A program made the translations under genes and the position numbers. DNA of 64,000 nucleotides from Camelus dromedarius (taxonomy: Eukaryota): positions 8,682,001-8,746,000 of the forward strand of contig NC_087438.1 of assembly GCF_036321535.1 (NCBI RefSeq), given 5' to 3'. The notes under the pieces are model-generated. The model was not told where the DNA came from, made no database searches, and worked only from the letters and a program-made list of their open reading frames with translations. This document shows positions 51,326 to 64,000 of this stretch, one piece after another. Positions within the stretch are counted from its first letter, which is position 1; the number at the start of each line of letters is the position of its first letter.

Positions 51326-52203
51326 AAAAACAGTTGTGAGTGTTGGCTTGATCAGTCCCCATTTCCACCAACGCAGCTGTTTTGCAGGTACTCTAATAGG
51401 ACTCCGCACAGATACCTTTGGAAAGTATTTTATACAGAATCTGCAGCTGTAGATATGAAACTTCTTTCTTACTGGGGAAAAATTCCATGTGTCTTGCTAA
51501 AGCTCTGCCTGCAGGAGAGAGTAAAGAGGTAAAGGAAATTTAGGCAAAATAACTATCATTGAAAAAAGTTATCTTTCTCTTGGAAAAATCAGTTATAGTT
51601 ATCATAAATCTTAATCTGGTGCATAATTTACCAACTGTTCAAATACTTCACTATAAAGTATACAGGTCTACAAAATAAACGTCTTGGATCTCACACCCAT
51701 CTACACAGTCAAATCTTTTAATTAGTTGGTGCTTTAATTTAAAAAAATAGAATAATTATGCTTTTCTGCCACTGATCAAGTTATCCAAAAGCCGAGTTTC
51801 TCTCTCAGTCTTTGTCATCATTTGGCTACTCTGGCCCAGCATTTAGGGCTTATTGTTTCAATCAGGGGATCGTTACCTGCCAATAATGAGTTCACTGATG
51901 AATAGCTTCAAAGATCAATGTTAGCCTTCTCTTGGTGCAGTTTAAAAATCCCTCTCAAGGGCTTGTCTAGGAAAAGATTCACAGATAAATAATCTGCTCT
52001 TTCCTGGATAAAATCACTGTTTCAAGTGATGTTACAGGTTCAATAAATTATTGGCATAAACCTAAGGACAAATTTTCTAGCATCACCAATGCTATTGAGG
52101 ACTGATGGGGACATAGAGGGTTCGACTTCCTTCTAGTTTAGAGACTTTAGGGAATTCTAACTGCACGTCCCAGCCTGCACAGTAGGAATAATTCTAACAT
52201 TTC

Positions 52204-52659
52204 TGTGGTGGATAAATAATAACCCCCCAAGACCCACATGCTAATCCCTGGAACCTGTAAACAGCCTCCTATAATAAAGGGGGCTTTGTAGGTGCAATTA
52301 AGTGCTCTGAGATGGGGATTTATTTGAGTGGGCAACTGCCATCCCAAGTGTCCTAAAAAGAGAGAACCAGAGGGAGACTTGACTACAGTGGAGAAGGAGG
52401 CGATGTGATTACGGAGACAAATTACAGTGATGCAGACAGGAGCCAGGGCATGGGGGTGGCCTTTGGAAACAGAAGAAGCAGTTCAAAATAGATTCTCCGC
52501 TGGAGCTTCTAGACAGAACCGGCCTTCCTGAAACCTTAACTTTATCCCAGTGAAACTGATTGCAGACTTCCGGCCCCAAGAACTGTACAAGAGCAAATTT
52601 GTGTGGTTTTAAGCCACAGGTCGTGGTTCTGTTACAGCATCTGTAAGGAAACTAGCACA
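52204..52659 (+). mobile_element. MLT1D-like (ERVL-MaLR) solo LTR
   Basis: tgtggtgg...atgctaatccctggaacctgtaa...tgagatggggatt...agattctccgctggagcttctaga...gaactgtacaagagcaaatttgtgtggttttaagccac...ggaaactagcaca. Confidence 0.88.
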
Positions 52660-55600
52660 ATATCGTTTAAAACCCTTTGCTGTTCGAAGTTTCTGCAAGT
52701 CACTCTAAGCCAGTGCATAATTGATCAAACAGGTATGGAACACGTGTCTCTGTTCACATGGCTATTCTTTAGATATAGTGACAATTTTTGTTTTAGTGTT
52801 CCTTTAATATGCTTATATATTTTTTCACTTGGGTTTTTTTTCTTTTTTGCAGTTTTCACAAAGCAATCACCGACACTTTTCTATTTACCTGCAATGCAAA
52901 CAGCTCACCTGGTTCTTAAACATAATTCATTTTCTACGCGACACTATACACAAGTTAAAATTCTTTTAGAAATGTGTTTGTAACTAAGACATTTGGCTCT
53001 ATAACAATAAAATCTCTTCTGCTTTGCAGTTGGAATGTTTAAAAATTCAGAGAAGGGATGTCTCCATTTTAAAATCAGCTTGACATTTCACTATCCATAT
53101 TTGATTGGGTGAATTTCAGTAAGTTGAAAAAAAAAAGATACGAGCCTTATAAAATGCAGAGTACCATCTTGGTAGCAGATTGCACAAGAAATCTCTGATC
53201 ACACTTGTAGAAAACTATTGTTTTAACAATCTACTCCCCAGATTCACAGACTAAAATGTATGCATATCAGAAACATTCATAAAGCAATTTAACAATTATG
53301 CCGAGCGTAGCAACGTGTGTGAATCAGTCTAAATGTGTGCCTAATCTTGTTTTATGAACATTACCAACTAGTCACGGAGAAGAGGGTCGGAGAGCCTGGA
53401 ATTAATTTCAGTTGAACTAAGTCACCTCAGTTTCTGAGTCTCAGCTTTTCCCCATAAGTGGGGAGATTGAGCTATATTTCTCCTCTTGGCTGTAAGGATT
53501 CTGGAGATTTATGGTCAAATTAATTTAAAAAAATGCTAAAACCTCTTCTTGTGACTATTAGCTCCAAATCCTGGTGCTGGTCACGGAAGGATGGTTTATA
53601 CCAGCAAGGAACTACTCATCTGGGTTCTATAACCAAAAATACAGCTGGCCTGTTATTCTCAGACACATGGCTAATAGTGTCTTTCCTTCTAATGAGACAT
53701 GTAGTTGGTTATTTTCAAAGAGGGTTAACATATATTTTTAAAATTACACAGAAACTAGAAGCAAATCCTTCTAAGTAGACATGCCTATGTAAATGACTTG
53801 CAATTACGATTGTTAAGAAAAATGCACACACCTCTTAATGACCCATGCATGTCCTCACGGGGTCACGGAGACCCCTGTGACTTCCCCACGTCCACTCCAG
53901 AAATGGAAGATCAATGGTAAGTTACCTGGCATGTGTCATGTAATCCTTAATGCTTTCATCCCCCAGGGAGAAGCCAAGCAAATGTCCTGTGTGTGCGTGT
54001 GTGCGTGTGCGTTTGTGGGAGTGTGAGTACCTGCAGGATGTGGGAAGTAGACGTGGGGATAGGAAACTGATCTCATATCCACAAATCTACGCCAGGAACT
54101 CTGACCTATTTTCTCTTAGAATTATGCATTGGATTTTATTTCTGATTACATGGGCATTTCAAATCAAAGCATGATTTTTTCGTGGGATTTTATACACCTA
54201 ATGCAAGTCCACACTCTCACAGAATTTTAAGAGGTGGTTTGGGCAGAGGGCCAAAGAGTCTGGAAGAAAAGAGAATGGAGCCTTTGCAGGGAACTGGATT
54301 TCAGTGATTAAGGAGACCCCAAAAGATAAGCTGCTGCTGACTTTTTTAGGAAATGTCCTGCAGGAACACTAGACAGGGGGCGGTTTAAGTGGGTCCTTCA
54401 CCACGGCAGCTAGTGGCTCTGTCCCTGCAGATTCCTCGTCCCTGGTGGAATTGGGTCCTCTGGAAAGTTAAAAGGGTCTCCCGGACCCTCCCCTCCATTT
54501 CCTTCCTCTCTAAACTGAACATTTCCTCCCTCAGACCCCAGACCACATAGCAATGACCTTGGCGTCATTTTACATCAGGATGCTTAAAATGGTGTCATTA
54601 AATTGTGGGTCCCTGCGTTTTCCCTTTTGAGTTGTTCCAACATAAAAAGCCTTTTACTGAAATGGGGGGGAGGGACAAGGTAAATCGTTCCAATTCAACC
54701 ACCTTTGATACTGCATGGAGCTCTTGGGGGGCCGAGAAGAGACACAAAGTGGCCTAAGACAAATGTGCCCTTCCAGTCTGGAAGAGTTGATGTAGGTCAC
54801 CTCCTCCAGCGCCTATCATTTGAGTATGTGGTCCATTCAATGGGACAATCTGGGCATGGCATAAGTGATGACTAATAGCAGCTCTCAGGTACGCTGAGCC
54901 CCTTGATATGAATGTAAGAAGCAACCTGAACAATTGTGATCAGAGATACAATCAATTGCTTTTTTATTTAGTGGTGAAACCTTCCCCCATCAGAGAATGG
55001 AAACTCTTGGAGAGCCCCTCGCCTATGCGCTTTCTCTTTGGTAAGAAAAAGTTCAACGGTCACTTTACATCACAAATACAGTCACATGTCACACTTAGAA
55101 TGTTCACTCCAAGGTGTTAACGATCAGGAACTTGACCCCACATTTTGTTACAGCTTTGCCAGCTCCAGCCCCCTGAGAGTGGGCTCCAGCACTGTGGGTC
55201 TTTGCCCTTTTGCCTGCCAGTGTCCTTTACCCCGCACCCCGCAAGCCTGCAGGTCCATTTCTGACTTTTCCCAGGAACCAGGCAGGGATGAGCAGAGTGG
55301 CAGGTCCTTCTTGAACAGGCAGATTTAGGAATTCACTGTCTTCTGGCCCCTTAGTGAACTCTGTGCTGTTTTCCATGTCTCTGCCTCTCGGCTGCCGCTC
55401 ATTTTACCTGGAGAGATGCTTCCTTGTTCTGGATGCCGGCTTGCCAGTTATTCCAAGTCTCTAGGACTCAACATTCACCTCCAGCTTCTTGTATCCTGTG
55501 GAACAGAAGCCAAGCCAGCTGTCTCTTCCAGAGCATCACACCTGCTTCTCAGACGATTTTCGCTTTCTCTTGCCACTTCGCGTAGCAGTCTACAGGTCCC

Positions 55601-57027
55601 CTGCATTTCCCAAGTGCAGGAAGTACCAATCCAAGCTTTACTCTGAGCGATCCCAAAGAGACCTACCCCTTCTGGAAGCAGGAGGAGAGGGGCTACAAAG
55701 GCAAGGACATAAACGCAGAGGTCTGAGCCAGTTGTCACGACTTCACGTTGCAGTGACTTTACAGGCTGGGAATCCTTTAGGTATAATGTGAAAACTTTAA
55801 AAACTGGATTCCTTCCCCCTAAAATGTCTCTCACCTTGCTGTGTTAAGATGTGTGAAATCTGTGCTACTAAAGAAATGACCCTGGTTTCATGCACGTATT
55901 CTTCAGGTTAATATTAAGTTCAGTTCAAATCAATAACATGGTATCGAATTATCAATATATTCAAAGGACCTTGTGAAGAACTCCAGGGCATTCCAACTTC
56001 AGTGAAGCGGTGGCTGAGTTTTAAGAAGCATATAATTCAGGTGACAAAATCAGGCAGCTGCACAGAGAGAAAGGGACCTTTCACTGAGAACCCAGTCGCC
56101 GCCACTTTCTGTACAACAATTGCAGGTGGGGTTTTCTTTATTGTGCTCATTGTACAGATGAGGAAAATATCAAGAGGTTGAATAATTGCCCAGATTACAG
56201 GGGCAGAAGAGGCAGAGCCAGGTTTCTTGAGCCTTTCTGAGCCTGCCCCACACCCCCTTCCCTTTTGTTGGAGGAGCCCATTGGGAGGATGACCAGCAGT
56301 TGGACCACAAGCTGGACCCAGGCAATTGTGGGGGCTCCTCACCCCTCCTCTGTCCTGTAGTGGGGCTGTTCCAAGGACACAACCTTGAGAGAGTAAGGTG
56401 TTGTTGAGACCATCTGGGCAGCATAAGTGACTTAACTCAGTTAAGGCCTCTTTATAACGTCTTGAGATTCTGGTGGTGGGCTGTGAAGACCCGCACAGCT
56501 TGCAGAGCCCAAGACAAGCTTGGTGTGGACGTTCCCTTGCTTCTTAAACCCGCCGCTTACCTATCTGGAGCCATCTGCCCCCTTCTTTAGTCTCTCCTTG
56601 TCCTCTGTGTACCAAGGCTGGTTGCAGGTTTCACCTGGGAAACTCCTAAGGTTTTAACCAACACTTTTCTGCTGAGTGTTCAGTTTTCCATTTTCCTTAA
56701 ATGTGGAAAATGCAAGCTGTAGTCAGGGACGAGCTTAAGAAAGAGATCAAGTACTATGAGCACAGTGAAGAGAACGGAGCTCACTTCAGTCAGAAGGATG
56801 AAGGCTGGGCAGTCTTTGTTGTAGCGAGATGGTGTCTGAAGGATGCAGACGCAGGAGCCCGGCATGGGGACGGAGAAGTCGGTGGGGGCAGGAAGGAGGA
56901 GAATGTTTAGCCTTAAAAAAAGGGGGGAACAATTATAGACTCACATGCAAGGAAGCAGGGAAGCTGAGGGGCATCGTGGAACAAGAAAAGCCTTGGGTGT
57001 GAGGACCATTTGTCATGATGCCTTTTC

Positions 57028-58526
57028 CTACCAGCTTTATTGAAGTATGATTGATAAACAAAAATTGTGTATATTTAGGTTGTACTGCGTGATGTTTTAA
57101 TATATGTATATGTTATGAAATGATGACCACAGTCAAGCTAATTAACAAATCTATTACCTCACACAGCTACCCTTTGTGTGTGTGTGGGGGGGGTGGCGAG
57201 GACACTTGAAACCTATTCACTCAGCAAATTTCAAGTATACAATAGAGTCAGATTAACCACAGTCACCATTCTGTACGTTAGGTCTCCAGAACTTAGTCAT
57301 CTTACAGTTGAGAGTCTGTACACTCTCACCACCACCCGCTCATTTTCCCCACTCCCCAGCCTCTGGTAATCAACATTCTACTCTCCATTACGATGAGTTA
57401 GACTTTTTTTTTTATATTCTACATGTAAGTGAGCATGCGGTGTTTATCTTTCTGTGTCTTGCTTATTTCACACAACACAATGTCCCCATCCATGTCGCTG
57501 TAAACGGCAGGACTTCATTCTTCTTTATGGCTTAATAATATTACATTATATATATATACATATATATATATATATAACTGATATGTATCGAATTTTTAAT
57601 ACATTCATTGAGTGATTCACTTAATCATTCATTTTAATCCATTCATTTAATGCAATCATTCAAGCTCAGGTTGTTTCCATATGTTGGCTACCGTGACTAA
57701 CGCGGCGGTGGACATGGGGCGCAGTTACCTCTCTGACCTAATGGTTTTATGTTCTTTGAATATATGCCCAGAAGTGGGGCTGCTGAATCACACGGGGCTT
57801 CTACCTTTAGTCTTTTGAGGAACCTCCATGCTGTTTTCCATACTGGCTGCATCAGTTTACCTTCCCACCAGCAGCGCACAAGCATTACCTTTTCTCCACA
57901 CCCTCACCCACAATTTCACCTTCTGACTTTCTGATAATGGCTGTTCTAACAGGGATGAGGTGATATGACTTTGTTTTGATTTGCATTTCCCTGTTGGTTA
58001 GTGGTTTTGAGCATTTTTTCATGTACCTGTTGACCATTTGTACGTTTTTTTTTGGAAAAAAAATGTCTATTCGTATCATTTTGTCCATTTTTACATCAGG
58101 TTGTTTTTGCGATTGAGCTGTAATGTGAGTTCCTTGTGTATTTTAGTAATCACCCCTGATCGGGGTGCAGTGCTGGTTAATGTTTTCTCCAGTTTTGTAG
58201 ATTGCTTGTCACTCTGTTCATTATTTCCTTTGTTGTGCAGGAAGTTTCAAGTTTAATACAGTCAACTTTGTCTATTTTGGTTTTCCTTGCTGGTGCTTTT
58301 GCTAACTCCAATGTCAAGGAATTTTCCCCCTTTGGTTTCTTTGAGGAGTTTTATGCTTTCAAGTTGACGTCTTTAATCCGTTTTGAGTTGATTATTGTGT
58401 GCGGTGTTAGCTAGGGGTCCACTTCCATTCTTTTGTCTGAGGGTGTCCAGTTTTCCCAACATCCTTCCCCCATTGTGTATTCCTGGCACCTATTGTCAAA
58501 GATTATTTGACTGTGTATGTGTGGGT
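57028..58526 (-). mobile_element. L1MA9/10-like LINE-1 3' portion (ORF2 end plus 3'UTR) containing a (TA)n tract
   Basis: Minus ORFs QMVNRYMKKCSKPLTNREMQIKT and WKTAWRFLKRLKVEAPCDSAAPLLGIY are ORF2p-like. The 3' end reads cagctttattgaagtatgattga. Confidence 0.88.
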
Positions 58527-58603
58527 TAACATTTCAAGCAGGGGGATATAATAATCAAACCTATGTTTCAGGCAGGTTAGTGTGGCAGCAGTGTGAAGGA
58601 TGG

Positions 58604-58638
<35 letters not shown>

Positions 58639-59060
58639 TAAGCAATCAAACTATTGAGAGACACAATGTATTGTATGACTGTTTTACCAGAACTTTGTTG
58701 AGCTGTAAGCACAGAGTAGGCCTCAAAAATATTTGTTAAAAAATTAAATAACTGGATAAGGATAGAAGGCCTTGAAACAAGTCAGTGAAAATTAATAGTG
58801 CAGGAGAGACCTAGTAAAATCTGGAAATACGGTTGAGAGAGATTTTAAACGAACATTCTTCATGAATTAGCAACTTAGTATATGTCAAGAGGAAGGACCA
58901 GTTCCTCAAAGGGGTTCAGGATGCTCTGCCTTTGGGTGGTAATAACCTTATGAGACACGAGAAGGTCAGAAGGAAGGCGCTGTTTGGATCGGAAGGGGTG
59001 TACGTTTCATGACTGTTGACACATTCGTGACATTAGTTTCTTGGATTAGTTTGAGATCAT
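58527..59060 (-). mobile_element. L2 fragments
   Basis: catttcaagcaggggg...gtgtggcagcagtgtgaaggatgg...gttgagagagatttt...caggatgctctgcctttggg. Confidence 0.5.
58605..58636. repeat. (CA)16 microsatellite
   Basis: Direct read. Confidence 0.95.
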
Positions 59061-59659
59061 GCTCGTAAAAGAGAGGTCTTGGCAGAAAGGTCAGATGGGA
59101 TGGCGAGGAAAAAGAGGACCATGTTTAGAGTATTGCATTTCCTGAGGGGTTGTGGGTCAGGGTGAAAGGGTTTCAAAGAAGAGCCTCCTCTGTACAGCTC
59201 ATGGTCTTCGCCAGGACCAGGGCTAAGAATAGCAATGAAAGGCAAGGCTAGATGTGCTACTGGCTCTTGTTAGGAAAAATCAACCACTTTTCTGAATTGA
59301 GAAGGAACACAGCACTGGCATTTAAAATTGTCTTTAAACAAGAGTGAGCTGTGATGGGTAGGACAGAACTAATCCTGGGCAGCAGACATAAATAGAAAGT
59401 GATTCATTCTCGTCGCATCATTGTTTCCCATGTCCTGATCGCAGCCTAGGCTGCCAGTGTTATGGTACCGAAAGATGGGGCGGTGGATGACCATCATTTC
59501 AGTGGACAAGAAGGGATGCCTTTTGTAAATGGGACAGCATTAACTGAAGTTTTAAAATTCTTAAAACATGGAAAGTAATTTTCGTTTAGGTCATTCCAAT
59601 ACAGTAGACAATATTGTGCACCAAAAGCTCAAGGAAGTTCCTACCTTATTTTAGCATCA

Positions 59660-59870
59660 AAAACAGTCATGGGCACCAGTTCTAAAGGTGAACTGCCTGG
59701 ACTTTGTTCTAACTCATTGTACAAATGGGGAGGCAATTACCCAAGCTCTCTGCGCCTTACCATTTTAATCTGTATAATGGGGATAGAATAGTATTTACCC
59801 TAATAGTGTGATAACCAAGTTTGTTCTTATACATAAAGCACTTAGAACAGTGCCTACATAGTGTTTCTTA
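59660..59870 (+). mobile_element. MIR SINE
   Basis: ggcaattacccaagctctctgcgcct...atctgtataatggggatagaatagtatttacc...ataaagcacttagaacagtgcct. Confidence 0.75.
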
Positions 59871-62213
59871 AATAAACAGGAATAAAATGCACCACGGGAA
59901 AAGCGCGATTCTTAATTCAAAGAATAAATTTCAGTATAAAGAGGAACCTCTAAGGACTCCCCTCACCTAGTAATAACTTCAGTCCCGAGAGCCCCCATAT
60001 GTGCTCACTTTTCTTAGACTTTCAATCTTCTTGAGAGCTACCGAAGCCCAGAGAAATCAGAATTGCAACTCAGGGTCAGGATGGATGACCTAGTTTAGTT
60101 CTAATTTCCCAAAGATCCTTAAAACAGCACCTGGAGCCCCATTCTTGCCCCAAGGAAAGACTAGATAAGAGAATTAAGAAAGAAATGACAAATAGAAAAT
60201 GAAATAATATTTGGGTACCTGCTACCATGATTCCTCTACTTCCAAATTCTGTGTCGCAGTTATAAGCAAAGAAAGTTTTATTTGAAATTGGATCCTGAGG
60301 GTTAAGTAAAATCAATAAGGAACTTCAGAGTGCAGAGAACTTAAATTACCAATATTTTCTGAGACAATGAAATTTATCACTATGGCTACCCTAGAGCAGA
60401 ATTTGTTTGCTTAGGAATTATCAAAACAACCCATAAATTATGAAGATCCATTTCACAGAGACCAATATTGATCTTATTTTCAAAAATTCAAAGATTCTTG
60501 GAGGGAAAATGTAAGGTAAAAAGGTAATCAAAATACAAATATGAATTAAGCTATGGTGATTTTGGAAGGTATGTAATTTTACAGGTGCTAAGGGCATATG
60601 CTTACAAAGACAACCTTACAATAACATAATCAGTGAGAATAGAACACACCGAGTCATTTGGGTTTTCCCTTAGTGTTTGCTGTTCAGCATAATTACACAT
60701 CGCGTCCTTGATTCAACTTCAGTACTCACACCTCAGCACTTACGCACATGTACACTTTGATCTTATTTGTAAGTGTGACCCAGAGCAAGTCTTATGATTC
60801 TAGGCTTATTCTAGGGCAAAAGGATTTACAGTTATTGAGTCTTTTATTTCCTAAGTGTAATTCTTCTACCAGCCACATGTCCAAACATTTATAGAGGAAA
60901 AAGATTAAAGAAGGGGAAACGATGAAGAATTGAGCCAAACAAATTGGATGGTACTAAAGGAATAATTATGACCCCAAAACACTGTTTTTATTTCCAGAGC
61001 TCCCATGAAAGGCTAGTGAAGACTCCTGGCTCATTGCAGAATGTTTTGGCTATGATTTGGCTGACTTTCTCTGGCTTTCAGTAGATTATGTCTGATTTAA
61101 TAGCTTGTTAATATTGACAAGCTAATAACTTTAGTATGCTTTCAAGTTCTCGTTTTTGAAAATGCCTTTTATTTTCTTTACGCAGAGCTTACATATGCCA
61201 ATGCTAATGCATTCAACAGACTAAGTGCTTTGTCTTGATCATAAGAAAGGGAAGCAGGTGGTCAGAAAACCTGGGTTGAAGTATTGGCTGGTAAATGTAC
61301 GTTTCCCTGTGTACCACATGGTGGCAAAAATATCTCCTCTAAGAGTTGCTTAGGAATTAAATGAGACCAAAAAGGTACATGGAACATACAGACAGTGCAG
61401 AGATGCAGCCAGTATCCAAGCTGAGAAAATTGCACCTTGTTAAACTTAAGTGGCTTTTGCAGAGTTGCACCTTGGAGGAGGATCAGAGTCGGAGTGAAAA
61501 ACCAGGTTTGTCTTACCCATGGCAACACTTTCCTAAAAACATAAGGCATTACAAAACTTGACCTTTTATTCTGACTTTAGATAAGTCACAGTTTCCTGCC
61601 TTAGATTTTCTAAACTGTGTTATAATGATACATTGTAGGTTTGGAATTCAATTTTGGAATTGACCAAAGCTGAGTAACTATTGTTCATGTTTATTTGTGT
61701 AGAGCTGGTGGGAGGCGGACAGAAACAAGTGAGGCTGTGACAACAATATGTCAGCAATACATCACCGATCTCCGCGTCACTGCAGGGCTTCTGGATGCTT
61801 AGTGGGGAGTACGAGCATTCGTGGCATTGTTTACACTGATGCTGAAGTAAGTGTATTTCTTGAAACTCTATCTCATTTTTGAAAACACCATATTTAAATA
61901 ATTTAAGTGTAGTAAGGGACAGCAATAGTCATGGTCTAATAAAAATAGTTTTAATTTTTTAGTGAATGTATTAACTAGTTATTAAAATTATTTCTCATTA
62001 AAACATAAAAAATATAGAAAATATAATCAAAGAAATGAAATTCACTTATAATTTCGCCATCCAGAAGTTATTATTTTCAACTCTTTGCTATGCTTTGCAT
62101 TAATGTGTTTTGTATATATAAGCTCCCCGTGTCTTTCTTCCCTAATGGTGATTACTGCCATAAAATGGTGCTATTTTTTCCTAGCTACCATTTTGTAATT
62201 TGTATTACTATTT

Positions 62214-62424
62214 TTTTTGTTTTTTAAACATTTTTTATTGAGTTACAGCGATTTTACAATGTTGTGTCAAATTCCAGTGTACAGCACAATTTTTCAGTTG
62301 TACATGAACATACATATTATTCATTGTCACTTTTTTTTCGCTATGAGCTACCACAAGATCTTGTATATATTTCCCTGTGCTACACAGTATAATCTTCTTT
62401 CTCTATTCTACATATGCCTGTCAG
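62214..62424 (-). mobile_element. Short young L1 3' terminus with perfect 13-bp TSD
   Basis: T-tract, then ttttattgagttacag...tacaatgttgtgtcaaattccagtgtacagcaca...ttccctgtgctacacagta. TGTATTACTATTT occurs at 62201-62213 and 62425-62437. Confidence 0.9.
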
Positions 62425-62479
62425 TGTATTACTATTTATGCTTTATAGTACTGTTTTTTCTTTTAAAGCTTACATGTAC

Positions 62480-62980
62480 AGGAAGTTAAGGTATATATCC
62501 TTTTGCAATTTTTAAATGTACCATCACATTTTAGTTATTTTTCCTTGCTAGTACATATAGGTCAAGTTTATTCCTATTTGCTACTATAGAATATTCCACT
62601 GTTCCAAAAAATTGTAGTGACTGTAATTCCTGAGAAGGAATTATGCACGTTCCCTGCTTTGCCATAACAAGCAGAGCGGTAGTGAAGATGCTTGGATGTG
62701 TCTGCTCGGGCAGATGTGTTTCTCTGGGACGCACTGTTGGGTCGCTTCGTCTAGAGGGGTGTATTTACTTGCATCTTCAACTTTACTGGATGTCATCAGA
62801 TTGCTCCTTGGGAAAGTTTTATCAGTTAATATTTTCACTGTCTGTAGATTAGCGTTTCCTCTTCCTCGCCCTCACTGCGTGGTTAAGTGTCGGATACTGG
62901 TATTGATGGGGTAACTCATTTTCCTGTTAATTTGCATTTCTCTTGTTATAAGCGAAGGTCAAGAACTGTACATGTAATAG
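62480..62980 (-). mobile_element. Old L1 (L1ME-like) fragment
   Basis: ORF 62531..62734 (-) includes SIFTTALLVMAK. Also gaatattccactgt and ttaatttgcatttctctt. Confidence 0.65.
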
Positions 62981-62994
62981 TTGTGATTCGCACT

Positions 62995-63300
62995 TGCAGT
63001 GCCCTTCATTTCAGAGAATGACATCACTGTCCATCTGCTTGCACTAGCCAGAAACCTAGACGTCCTTCTTGGCTCTTCTGTCTCCCCCATTGACCATCAG
63101 TCTCTTTTGATTCTTCCTCCCAGTGTGTTTCACTTCTTCTCACTTACTGATATCACCACCAGCATCCTGGTCCAACCCATCGCTCTTGGTCAATATATAA
63201 TGATAGCTAGCTCCTAATTAGTCTCCCAGCACCCAGTTGTTAGATTTCGTTATCCAGCCCCACATCAACTAGGGTAATCACTTTTAGAGGAAATTGTAAA
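62995..63300 (+). mobile_element. L2 fragment
   Basis: gaatgacatcactgtccatctg...gccagaaacctagacgtccttcttggctctt...cctggtccaacccatc...agctcctaattagtctccc. Confidence 0.7.
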
Positions 63301-64000
63301 CCTACATTAATTTTTTAGTTGAGTAGTTAAAATGAGCAGACAATGGAATTCTGTCTGTCACACACGCACACACAGATATTTGCCAGCAGACCTAAAGAAA
63401 TAATTTGGTTTTCTAAGCCTCAGTTTAATTAATCCTCTTGTTCAAAATCTAGCAATATTTCTACACATCAATAAATTATTAACATAAGGCTTGGTGCTTT
63501 TTGCTATAATATTTCTTTATCTAAAATGAGATTTTTTTCTGTAAAATTAAACACAGTCACTTAAAAGCCTGGAGATCTTTCTCTAGTCCTTACTTATTAT
63601 CTACCAGCCATTTGACTGCCAATAAATTAAAGTCCAAGATGAGCTAACCAGGAATCTAAACATCAAACATGTCCTCACAATTGAAGGTTGTAAAATGATA
63701 TTGTAATGATCATCCATTTAAAGTATTCCATTTATCTTAGTATTTTTTCTCAGATCATCATTATCTAAAATTACAGAGTACAGTTCATCTTTTCACGGGA
63801 CAGTGGTAAGTCAGATCTTTGGTCAGACAGTATTTTCTTACTTATAAATCTCTGATCATGAGCCCATTACATGTATTCTCATAAAAATGCAAGGCTAGAT
63901 AGTGCATTTCAATCAATTTCGGTCAGAGCTATTTGGATAGTTGCTTATTACAAGGGTTATATGTTAGACAATTTAATTCTTTTTGTGTATATTTAGAGTG

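Noticed and set aside
1..64000. CRISPR array, tRNA/rRNA genes, NUMT, or internal ERV gag/pol/env
   Set aside because: I saw no repeat-spacer periodicity, structural RNA motifs, mitochondrial-like sequence or retroviral coding remnants. All LTRs appear to be solo.

Overview
This is AT-rich, repeat-dense placental mammal genomic DNA, either intronic or intergenic. I cannot support any intact protein-coding gene, RNA gene, CRISPR array or prokaryotic element. The long ORFs in the track come from LINE-1 remnants, low-complexity tracts or chance. The recognisable content is a layered transposon record: ancient L2/MIR, MER113 and degraded old L1; ERVL/MaLR solo LTRs (MLT1 x3, LTR16-like, MER21-like); a Tigger2a-type MITE; and several younger L1 insertions with readable target-site duplications (TSDs). 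Artiodactyl-type L1 3' ends with no obvious Alu, Bov-tA/BovB, PRE-1, CHR, SINEC or ERE SINEs suggest a camelid (inference). The most notable structures are two 5'-inverted (twin-primed) L1s, an L1 that keeps both ends but has lost its EN/RT region, an apparently chimeric L1, a candidate poly(A)-tailed mRNA retrocopy at a compositional boundary, and a few candidate exons and regulatory islands. I found no evidence for a new biological system. Repeat family names come from my recall of consensus sequences and need confirmation with RepeatMasker/Dfam.
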